64,000 bases of DNA from Vitrella brassicaformis CCMP3155. Taxonomy: Eukaryota; Protista; Chromerida. The position numbers were made by a program, and so were the translations under genes. How positions within the stretch are numbered: position 1 is the first letter of the stretch; the number at the start of each line of letters is the position of its first letter. This document shows, one piece after another, positions 48,973-58,975 of this stretch. A model generated the notes under the pieces. That model had not been told where the DNA came from. It made no database searches and saw only the letters and a program-made list of their open reading frames with translations. The DNA is taken from positions 62,001-126,000 of the forward strand of contig CDMY01000282.1 in assembly GCA_001179505.1 (NCBI GenBank), read 5' to 3'.

Positions 48973-50150
48973 ATGCGGTCTTACTCGGTGATGCCGCGGA
49001 TGCCATACAAGACTAAGCTATGCACGAACTACGAGCAGGTAATGACCACGTTATGCAATCTCGCCATCGCCCCTTCACAAGGTTGCTTGGTCGTTCAGGG
49101 TTGTTGCTTTCGTGGCGTTGACTGCGGATACGCGCACGGACTTGCATGTGGACTTGTCGAAGTCGATACCTCAAGTAACAAGCACCACAAAGAGCGACGC
49201 CTGCAATACTCCACTTTCTCTCTTTGTATGTGTGTGTGTGTGTCTTCCAGGACACAAGACAAGACACGCTTGTGCGAGTTCCTCAAGTTGGGGAGCTGCC
49301 CGCGTGGTGCTGAGTGCACCTTCGCTCATGGCCGGAAGGACCTGCGCCTCACCAAGATGTGTGACAGCGTGATAAATGGTGAGAAGCGCAAGCATGGGAA
49401 GGCTAGAGTTACGGACACTCGTGCGTGGGTTGTCTTGGTGCAGGTATGGTGCTCGTATGGCGGCGACTGTCTGTTTGCCTACGAAGAAGAAGAGCTATCA
49501 TGTGTACACAAAAGCAATTGAGCCACTCACTCGCTTGAATGTGCATGCAAATGTCTTTGCTGTGCGTCGCATGTTATGCAGCGTGGAGCGTGTGGTGCGC
49601 ATTGGAGAGATCTACTACAGCCAGGACGCCATTAGTACGCCATTCAGGGATTGGACGAGCCTACAGGAGACGCTAGACGCGCTCACCTCCGGCGACCTCG
49701 GTCTGAGCGACATACCTCAGATCACCGTCAGAAAATACGGGGAGCGCTACTATACGCAGGTACGCTGGCAGGGACAGAGAATGAATGCATGATAGCAAAA
49801 GTGTGTCCGTTCTGTTTTCGTGCAGAACAATCGCTGTCTGGCAATGTTGGAGGAGTTCAAAGAATCCCCGGTTCCCCACACCATTCCTCGGCCCCAGCAA
49901 GGACTGCATCCGCGTCTCAGTCTGGATGGAGTCCATGATTGAGCAGCACACAAAGAACTGGGACAGGTTCACCACACCCAACCGTGGTGAGTCGGTCGAA
50001 TACAGGGGAGAGCCTCTGGTGGCGCGGTGCGGCAGGTGCAAGGAGGAGACGTGTGACTGTGGGACGGTGCGGCGCGTGCCCCGGCAAAGTAATACCAACC
50101 TGTTTTGTGCTGGTTCCGACCTATTCTTTCCTCCCCTTGTCATCGCATGA
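48973..50150 (+). pseudogene. Tandem CCCH zinc fingers fused to a ParB/sulfiredoxin-like domain; apparently frameshifted
   Basis: YKTKLCTNYEQ|GCCFRGVDCGYAHG, KTRLCEFLKLGSCPRGAECTFAHG and TKMCDSVING..CSYGGDCLFAY, then IGEIYYSQDAISTPFRDWTSLQETLDALTSGDLGLSDIPQITVRKYGERYYTQ|NNRCLAML. The C-terminal CIRVSVW...RFTTPNRGESV is in a different frame, and several splice phases do not match. Confidence 0.65.
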
Positions 50151-50307
50151 TTGACTGAATTATCGTGCGGTGTCGATCGCATGTAGGTGCATGCATCCAC
50201 ATGCCTTGGCTCGGCTCCCTCTTCTCGACAGATGGACTGCCTGTGGTGTCTGGTGCATGTCTTGACGCATCAGTCAGGGTGCGTGCATGTTGTGCGTCTC
50301 TCTCTCG

Positions 50308-53052
50308 TCACTCTGGGCAACGAGAAGAGAGCCTCGCATGACAGTAAGTACACAAGAGCTGACTTGCTCTACCTATGGTTGTGATGCCTGCCTCCCTCCC
50401 TCCTTGCCTGCGTGAATGCCTGCCTGTGTGCGTCTGTGTTTGTGTGGGTGCATGTTTGTGGTACTTATTGATCATCGTCATGAGGGTGTCTATGATGTTT
50501 TGTGTGCGGTGTGATGTGACATACGTTTTCCCATTTGGTCTTGCTTTCATTTGGTCTTGGAAAACTGTCGCACCAGCTGGCCGGACGCAGAGAGAGAGAG
50601 AGAGAGTGGTTAGCGGTGGACAGCGACACGTACCATACATTGACTCATGATGGTACTCAGTTAATCATCTTCACATATCACGCGTCATCAAACACAAAGC
50701 TGTAGCCACCGACAGCCGCAGCCGCAGCCGCGGACGGACAGACGGATTGTAAGACAAACAGCACAAGATAGAAAATCCACAATACAGCACCAATAATGCA
50801 ACAACACCAATAATGCAACAACACACAACAGATACACACAGGCAGGCAGGCAGGCAGGCACCCACTCCACACATCCCGTTGCGTCAACCATTCATGCACC
50901 CATCACGCACCCATGTACAGAGAGACAGACAAGCGCATGAAGGACAAACGCATGTGCTCGCGCCCATCGCACACAAGCCCCAGCCTTTCCACAACACATA
51001 CATACACACGAACGGATGGACACACAGAGCGTACGACAGCCACCAACAGGCAGGCAGGCAGCCAAGCGCAGCGCTCACTCCACACACATCCTGTTGCGTC
51101 GGTGGTGGGCCGCCCGCAAATCGGCGGCGTGCTTGTATGCTTTCTCAACCGCCTCCCTCACCGCCTTGTGTGTGTGGCCCTTCACACTGAATGCGTGACA
51201 TCCGTGGAAGCCCCCAATCTCCACCCCAATCATGATGCGGTGGGATTCGCCGGTCTGCCAGGCCGTCATGATGATGTCGTCGGGCAAGTGAATATCACTG
51301 ATGATGTCGTGGGCCTTGGCGAGCAGCTGTGTGTCGTCCATTTCGACGTCCTCTTCCTCGTGATCGCGGTGGTAGCTGTCGTCTCTCAGGGCCACATTGG
51401 GGCGTAGTGAGGCCCCGAGAGGATCGGGACTGCTCCACGCACCTACAACCAACGCGAAGGGGGAAAGAGCGATTGCGTGCTGAATGGATCGACGGATGCA
51501 CGTGTCCAGATGCCTTACTTGAGCAGGTACTCGTCGTCGGTTCCACATCTGTAGCATGCTGTTGGGGCTGCATCGGCGGTAAGGGGCCTGAAAACTGTGC
51601 AGCCTGATGGATGGTCGCGGAATACACGAGAGAGAGCGCTTGTTATCACTTTTCCCCACCAACCAGCCAGTTAGCTGTTTCCACTGCACATGGCTCACCC
51701 CAGCATAGCTGTCATCGGCGCCGTCGATCGGCAGCACGTCGAAGGGTGGCCTGCATGCACCATAGTCCACAACCCGCAACACATGCACGCCACTCTACTC
51801 ACCCCATCAGCTGATCTAGCGTGTGTGCTCACGGTATTGCTTCGTCGTCATCGGCGGTGGACGCCCCGGCAGACGAGGTGTCGCTTTGTGGCTGAGGGAC
51901 CACCGTAGCGGCGGAGAGCTGGGTCGCGGTAGCTGCACGTACACACACACACACATACACAGGGGCACGATGTGTGGGTGACTCGCAGAGAAGGCGGCCC
52001 TCGTACGTGTGCTGGTCACGGTCGCCGGCGTCGGTGGCACAGAAGGGGCAGCAAGCTGCTGCACAATAACATAAACCACGACAAGAGCACATCAAGATGC
52101 GACTTGCTGCTATGTGTGTGTGGTCCACACCTCTGCATCCGCATCGGTCAGTCGGTGAGTCATGCGCAGGTGAGAATGCACCACATTGCGGCGGGGGTTG
52201 TTNNNNNNNNNNNNNNNNNNNNNNNNNNNNNNNNNNNNNNNNNNNNNNNNNNNNNNNNNNNNNNNNNNNNNNNNNNNNNNNNNNNNNNNNNNNNNNNNNN
52301 NNNNNNNNNNNNNNNNNNNNNNNNNNNNNNNNNNNNNNNNNNNNNNNNNNNNNNNNNNNNNNNNNNNNNNNNNNNNNNNNNNNNNNNNNNNNNNNNNNNN
52401 NNNNNNNNNNNNNNNNNNNNNNNNNNNNNNNNNNNNNNNNNNNNNNNNNNNNNNNNNNNNNNNNNNNNNNNNNNNNNNNNNNNNNNNNNNNNNNNNNNNN
52501 NNCACATTGCGGCGGGTGTTGTTCAAGCCGCAGATACGCCCGCCGGCACACGGCGCCACACACGTGGCGCAGAGTTTGTCGCCCGGGCCCTTCTTGACGG
52601 GCACATAACCCACCACGCCCACCAGCTGTCCTCCGTGATACACACGCACGCAGCACTCGCTGTTGTAGTCAGTTGCCTGCTCGCCCAACTCCATCCCCGG
52701 CTTGCGGAACACCTGCAGCCGATACAGGTAGCGGAGCGGCCGCCAGCGGCCGTCCTCGTCAATGGCGGCCGGCAGGAGGGCGATGTCCCACCCCTCCTGA
52801 CCCATGATGCGCTCAGTGCTGCCACCAGTGAGCCACACGTGACGGTGCTCTGCCGGAGCGGTCATGTCTATCGGGTCGGCCAGGGAGTGAGAGCGACGGC
52901 GGTCGAGCTCGATGGCATCCCAGTGGTCGTGAAGGACACGCAGGAGGGACGCAGCAGGCAAATCAGCTGCAATCACACACACACACACAGAGGTGATGTC
53001 ACAGCAGTTTCCGAGTGGGTGCATGGAGTGATCTGTGTGGCTGACTGTTCAT
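50308..53052 (-). CDS. Orphan spliced gene (or genes) spanning the second gap; no recognisable domain
   Basis: ATG AAC A|gtcagc...gattgcag|CT GAT TTG gives MNTDLPAASLLRVLHDHWDAIE...CVRVYHGGQLVGVVGYVP. Later exon-like blocks read CCPFCATD and DIHLPDDIIMTAWQTGESHRIMIGVEIGGFHGCHAF. The 3' structure is unresolved. Confidence 0.45.
52203..52502. other. Assembly gap (300 N) with near-identical 21-nt flanks
   Basis: cacattgcggcgggggttgtt (52182-52202) versus cacattgcggcgggtgttgtt (52503-52523). Confidence 1.
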
Positions 53053-53470
53053 CGCGATGCGCTGAAAACACCGAAAGCAGCCAGGGAACAGACTGAAGCG
53101 GAGGGAAGGGAGTACCTCGGTAAGGTACAGGGCCCCTCCGAATGGCACAAGGCCCCTCCGAATGGCACAGGCCCCCTCCAAAGGTATCCCTCTCGAAAAG
53201 TACTCAAAGGAGAGTGAAACACAAAGCCTGATACCTTGTCTGTGGCCATGTTGCCTCTGTGGTCGTCCTGCGGCCACCAGGGAGGCCAGCCACGGGACAA
53301 CGAGCGCAGGCCCATCAAAGATCTGGGTCATCTGGCCGTCCTGGCGAAGGGAGAGATCTGCAAACAGCACAACAGCCACACAGAGAGGGTTCAGACTTTC
53401 CATCTGGGCGCCTGCCCCGCGCTGCGAGCTGACGAAACAACGGTTTCACGATGCCCTTTCTCTGCGAGCT
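53025..53470 (-). repeat. Dispersed promoter/5'-leader module, copy 3 (inverted)
   Basis: The reverse complement aligns with copy 1 from agggcatcgtgaaaccgttgtttcgtcagctcgc through cagatggaaagtctgaaccc..., ccacagacaaggtatcaggctttgtgtttcactctc and on to cagcgcatcgcgatgaacagtcagccacacagatcactcc. It contains a short tandem ggggcc.tgtgccattcgga. Confidence 0.9.
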
Positions 53471-53493
53471 TTGCGGCGAAGCGGCGAAGGAGA

Positions 53494-55078
53494 ATGCGCC
53501 AGCTGATCTTCGCTCTTTTCCTCACGGCCGTGATGAGCCAAGCGTCCGCCTTCCAGCCCCAGCCCCAGCATCTTCCCCTAAGGCACCAGCGCATCGAGCT
53601 GCAGCGTCAGAGCCGCCTGCGTGCAGCCCGTCAGCCAGGCGTGCTGACAAAAGAGAGGGAGGCGGTGGATCTGCACTACATCGACATCCCTGCGAATGGT
53701 AGGTATTATGCGGCATTAGCACGGGCTGCGTCACACCGCGCGAGATACAAGCTGCTTTATTTGCTGGTTTGCACATTGCTACATACACAGGGCATGATAG
53801 CCGGGAGGCGGTTTTGCTCCTTCATGGCCTTCTCGGTGAGGACACGGAACACACAGACGCACACACGCACACACGGCACGAACGAGGAGAAACGCCTGAG
53901 ACCTGTCTCTATGCTGCTTGGCGCTCCCCTATAGGTTCGTCTCGCAATTGGATGACATGGGCGAAGAGGTGAGAGGAGATGCAATCAAGTCGACGGTGTG
54001 TTGGCTCACGGTGTGTATTGTCGTGCGGGTTAGGTTGTCGAGTGAGCTTGACACATCGAGGCGCATCATCGTCCCTGACCTCCGCAACCATGGCTCCAGC
54101 ACGCACGCTGAATCCATGACATACGCGTAAGTGCATGGAGAATCAAACGTAAGTGCACGGGCTTTCGCCTGCAATTCTGTGTGCAGCGAGATGGCTCAGG
54201 ACGTGCTGCGGCTGCTCGAGTCCGTCAACGAGGACCGAATCGTCTGCGTCGGACACAGTCAGCACCCACCCAGCACAGCTAACAACCCAAACCACACACG
54301 TCTGTCCTGTGAGGCTGTCGCTTGCCTGCAGGCATGGGTGGCAAAGTCGCAGCAGCTCTCGGCCTGCTTGAACCGTCTCGCGTCGATGGGCTGGTGATTG
54401 TGGATGTGGCCCCGGTGCCGTACTCGACAGAGGACGGTAACGACTGGAAAGAAATCAGGAGGTACGTGTGTGATGGACGCGATGAAGGTCCGCCCTGCCT
54501 CACTCACTCCACCACTCTTCATTTACCCGCTCTCTATGCTCCCTCCCTCCCCGCAGGATCATCAATGGGCTCCAGGCACTGCCTCTTCATGCTCTGTCCA
54601 CCCGTCAGGATGCCGACAGGGGTTTGAGGGATGAGCACGGCATCGATGACGATGCGCTGAGAGCCTTCGTTCTGACCAATCTTGAGAGGCACGAGGACTC
54701 ATGGAGGTGGCGAATCAACCTGGACGCAATCGCACGGTGGGCCAGAGAGACCAATAACACAGAAGGAAAGGCAGACGAGCCAGCACGGTTTGAATGCCTG
54801 GTTTTGGGGATGTGTGTGTCAGGTCGCTCGAGGACCTGGCGCTGTTTGATCTGGAGGCCGCGTGGGGCAGCGAGTCCGAGCTGCCCCCTCCTTACGAAGG
54901 CGACACGCTGTTCGTGATGGGCAGCAACAGCCGCTACATCCAGTCGCGGCACCTGGACGTCATCCAGCGGCTGTTCGCCTCCTTCACCCTGCAGACAGTG
55001 AAAGAGGCGGGGCATTGGGTGCATGCCGACCAACCTGACCGAATGGTTCAGGTCGTCAAGGCATACCTCGACAGGTAG
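53494..55078 (+). CDS. ABHD11: ABHD11/YbfF-like alpha/beta hydrolase with a bipartite signal plus transit peptide
   Basis: LLHGLLG|[18 protein letters not shown](S)|MGGKVA (nucleophile elbow), [27 protein letters not shown] and [12 protein letters not shown]-terminus [22 protein letters not shown]. Confidence 0.9.
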
Positions 55079-55564
55079 CTAGGTCATCAGACAGACAGAC
55101 CGACGACAGACAGGCAGTGGCTGCATTCCATCGCATGCATCACATAGCTAGGCGTTTTGGACGTGTGACATACATGATGACGTGAGTAAGTAGGGTGTGT
55201 GTCTATGTCTTATGTAGCTATAGAGGGGTTTTTGCCGTGCATGTCTGCCCCTTTGTGATGGCTGGATGCTGTTTGATATGCATTGCATGTCAGTGTGTGT
55301 ATGATTTCTCGATCATCGAGGGGCGGGAGGAGAGGGGTGGGATACGGCGCGGCATGATGAAGGTGGGATGGGGTCAGCGTCTCGTGAACAAGCGATTCAC
55401 GACACAGACACACCTAGAAGCGTCATCCGATCGTCACGTGAGTGGTCATTCTGCCTTCACAGTCAATCCATATCAGTCTGACGCTACGAGCTCTGCCTCA
55501 CATCGTGGCAGGCCCTCCCTGTTTATCGCCCCAACACTCTAGTCTCAGCAGTTGCCAAGAATGT

Positions 55565-55970
55565 CTATTTCTTGACCAGCGCTTCGACTTGAACACCAAA
55601 GGCAGACTTCATGTCATTGATGGTGGCTGCACAACACACACACAGCAGAGGAACAGAGGGACAGAGATGCTCTGCGTGTATTGATCAGCAGCAGATCTAT
55701 CTTCCCTCCCTCCCTTACTTTTGGACTGTGCGACGCCTCCCTGCCAGATGGCCTCTTTCAAGTGGACCTGCCCCCTGCTCAGCGCCTTGCTGCGGTAAGG
55801 CTCCTTCAAACACCTGAAGGCATTGCAACACACAAGGACAGCGACAGACAACGAGATCATGCGTGTGACACTCCTGAGATCTACCGCCGTCATCTCTCGG
55901 CTTACTGTCTGAGTATGTTGGCCATCTCTGTCGTGTACTGAATGTAAGAGACCTTCGCATTCCGCCACAT
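55565..55970 (-). CDS. ATP15: Mitochondrial ATP synthase F1 subunit epsilon, apicomplexan type; 3 exons; not in the ORF track
   Basis: Manual splice (donors CA|gtaagc and A|gtaagg; acceptors cttcag| and gtgcag|) gives MWRNAKVSYIQYTTEMANILRQCLKEPYRSKALSRGQVHLKEAIWQGGVAQSKTTINDMKSAFGVQVEALVKK*. This matches the F1-epsilon pattern WR...Y...A..LR..LKEP. Confidence 0.88.
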
Positions 55971-56012
55971 CGCGCAGCGCAAGGAAAACTTCCCTTCCCT
56001 CCCTTTCCGCTA

Positions 56013-56033
56013 AGCTCGCAGGCTTGGCGAGCT
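56013..56033. promoter_or_regulatory. Inverted pair of the candidate promoter motif (AGCTCGC-N7-GCGAGCT) in the roughly 145-bp divergent ATP15/carrier promoter
   Basis: agctcgc-aggcttg-gcgagct. The same 7-mer occurs in several other divergent spacers. Function is inferred only from position. Confidence 0.45.
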
Positions 56034-56115
56034 AAGAGGTGTGACAAAGAAAGCGCAGCCCTTGAGCACACCACGGAAGAGTATATCCAGCTTGGACCAG
56101 TCGTTGGTCAGCGAG

Positions 56116-58975
56116 ATGGACGCGTTGATCAGCGCGACGTCTGGCGGCGTGGCTGCGGTGTGTTCGTGCGTGGCGTTGTACCCCGTGGACGTGATCCTGG
56201 TGCGGTACCAGACGCGGCTCAAGGAAGTGGGAGGCCGCAGCGGGGAGATATTCGATGTCGTGAGGGACGCTCTGCAAAGGGGGGCGCCCTCGCTCTACAG
56301 GGGAGTCGACATCAAGATGCTCGAGGCACTCGTCCGCAACTTCGTGTACTTCTACTGGTAGATAGATACGCACACACACAAACACACACATGGATACGGA
56401 GAGGACAGACTCACACACAGAGAAGGGGGGTCTGTCTGTCTGTGTGGTGGCGGTGGCGGTGTAGGTATCAGTTCCTGAAGGGCACATATGAGCGTAAGAT
56501 CGGTCGTCTCAACACATCAGCCAACCTCAGTGAGCAAGCGATTTGGCACTGCACTCAACTCACGCCGCGTCAATCTGGCAGCACCGATGACGTATGTCCG
56601 ACCGACGCGTGTGCTGTGCGTGCCGTGCAGTAATGGCGTCCCTAGCGGCTGTGCTGAACCAATGCATGACGGGTAAGAAAGAAAAGTCGGGCATGCCGGC
56701 CACTCACTCACAGTATCTATCGTGCTGCGCTTGTGCTGATATATGCAGCTCCGCTGGAGGTGGTGACGACCAACTTGCAGACGTCCGACTACACTCTCAT
56801 ACCGCTCATCGCCAACATATACAAGAAACAGGGTGGGCACAGCGTAAAGACAGACACTCACACGCAATCAATCGGACACACACACACACACACAAAGACC
56901 ACCGGTCTTGTATTGGTCACGCACTTTGTGTGTGCGTGTGTGTTTCTCTCTGTTTGTTCATCCATCAGGTTTGCGTGGTTTCTACCGCGGCTTCCTGGCG
57001 TCCATCGTGCTCTGCTCCAACCCGGCCATCACAAACGCAGCATTCGACAGACTCAAGTACTTAAGACACACACACTCCATCCATCCATCCAGCCATCCAG
57101 CCATCCATTCATCCACCGAAACAGACACACACTCATTGCTGTGTCTGTGTACACCGCATCCATCGACTCTCCCTCCCACATGTGCAGGTTTGCGGTGCAG
57201 GTGGTGATGTTGGTGCGATTCCAGAGGTTTCGGCAGTACAAGGACGTGTTCCCCGGTGGCGAGGAGGAGGCCAAGAGGGCGGCACGCACACTGGGCCTCA
57301 CTGCCATCCCGGCCATCGTCCACTCCCTCCTCACCAATACCACGGTACCAAGCGCACCGGGATCCCTGCCCGCACCAGCGACGAGCGCCGCGATGACGCC
57401 CTCACAACTCGACGAGGTGAGGCGACCTGGGCCTGCGTGGCGGAGGGCTGTGGGTGTGGCGCTCGCTGCATCAGTCTCATTTGATGTGTTCAGGAGCTGC
57501 CCGAGCTGACGGCTTTCCAGTCGTTCATATTCGGTGCTCTTGCGAAGGCTCTGGCGACCATCGTCACATACCCCTACATCAGAGCAAAGGTGCGCTGACT
57601 GAATGACAGACAAGTGCAGCTACTTGCTTATCCCTTCCCCCCTCTATAATGACGCTCCCTCCCTCAGGTGTTGATGCAGCATCGGTCTGGGCAGCGTGCG
57701 TGTCGCGACCCTCAGAGCACCAAGGGGTCGGACCCCAACCTGGTCTCCAGCAGCAATGGCAGCCAGGAGGTCTCGCCGCAAAACCATGACAGGCGTCCAG
57801 AGAGCGGCAGGGATGGCGTGGAGTCGGAATCGGCTGACAGCTCGGTCGGTGGGAAAGGACAAGAGACCAGACAGACAGCAGCTCAGTAACTAGTGAATGG
57901 AGTGCATGATGCATTGCAATGTCTGCAGGCGAACAGGCTGGGTGTGCCACCGCGGCACCACCAGGCCCCGGCCTTCAATGTCCCACACAGCGACTCAGAC
58001 GCAGGACTCCGTGAGCAACGCACACACACACAGACACACACACACACACTGACGCCATGAGACCAGCCCCAATGTGGCGGTTTGCTCTCTCTCCCCCCGG
58101 TTGATCGATCAGCTTTCCAGCGCTTTGTCAACCCCCCGACCCCATCTGAGTTCCTTCGAGACGTGGTGGGTGCGCCAGCCGACCTGTGAGTGGGTTGCGT
58201 CTTCATACACCGTGTGTGTGTGCGTCTTGTTCGGGTCAGGACACCTATTCCGTGGCGTCCTTCTGCCTGTCTGAAGGAGAACGAGACGTGAGCAGACATC
58301 GCACCAGGACAGGAGGGAGATGCCCATCCGAGTATATACATGTGTGTGTGTGTGTGTGTGTTCTCAGATTGGTGACAGGGAAGAGTATCTGCAGGCGCCT
58401 GGGCCTCTGAGGCTGCAACACAGTGAGCAATGCACCCCTCGCTCGTAATGACAGCGTCACCCCGCCACCCACCAACCGACCACATGAATGTCTGTGTGTA
58501 CTTATACGTGTGTGTGTTGTGCAGTGAACCGCAACCCCTCTTCGGGAATTGTGGCAGAGGTACGGAACCAACGGACACACAAACTCACGAGACACGACAC
58601 CATCTGCATGCTGTGCAGTCCGTCTATTTTCTATGTGATTATGTATGTTATCTCAGGAGGGCGACGGTGTGGTGAACGTGTTGGTGTCGGTCATCATGCA
58701 GGAGGGCGTCATCGGCATGTACAAGGGGCTCCTCCTGCAGCTCGTCAAGACCGTGCTCGCATCCGCACTCCTCTACATGATCAAAGAAAAACTCCACAGA
58801 GCCACCGCAAAGGTACGGGCCACCGACCAACAGATAGATGTTCTCTGTGTGCATTGCATGGTCGTCATGGCATGGCGTCCGTCAGGTTCTGAGGGCATTG
58901 CTGCGGTGCTTCATGGTGCTGTTCCAGTCCAAGCGGGGCGGCCAGGGGCACATGCGGGCGAAAATCGGCCCGTGA
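56116..58975 (+). CDS. Mitochondrial-carrier-family protein, peroxisomal adenine-nucleotide/CoA carrier type (PMP34/SLC25A17/ANT1-like)
   Basis: Three carrier repeats: LYPVDVILVRYQ...SLYRG, APLEVVTTNLQ...GFYRGFLASIVLCSNPAITNAAFDRLK, and FIFGALAKALATIVTYPYIRAK|V...GMYKGLLLQLVKTVLASALLYMIKE. Confidence 0.85.
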
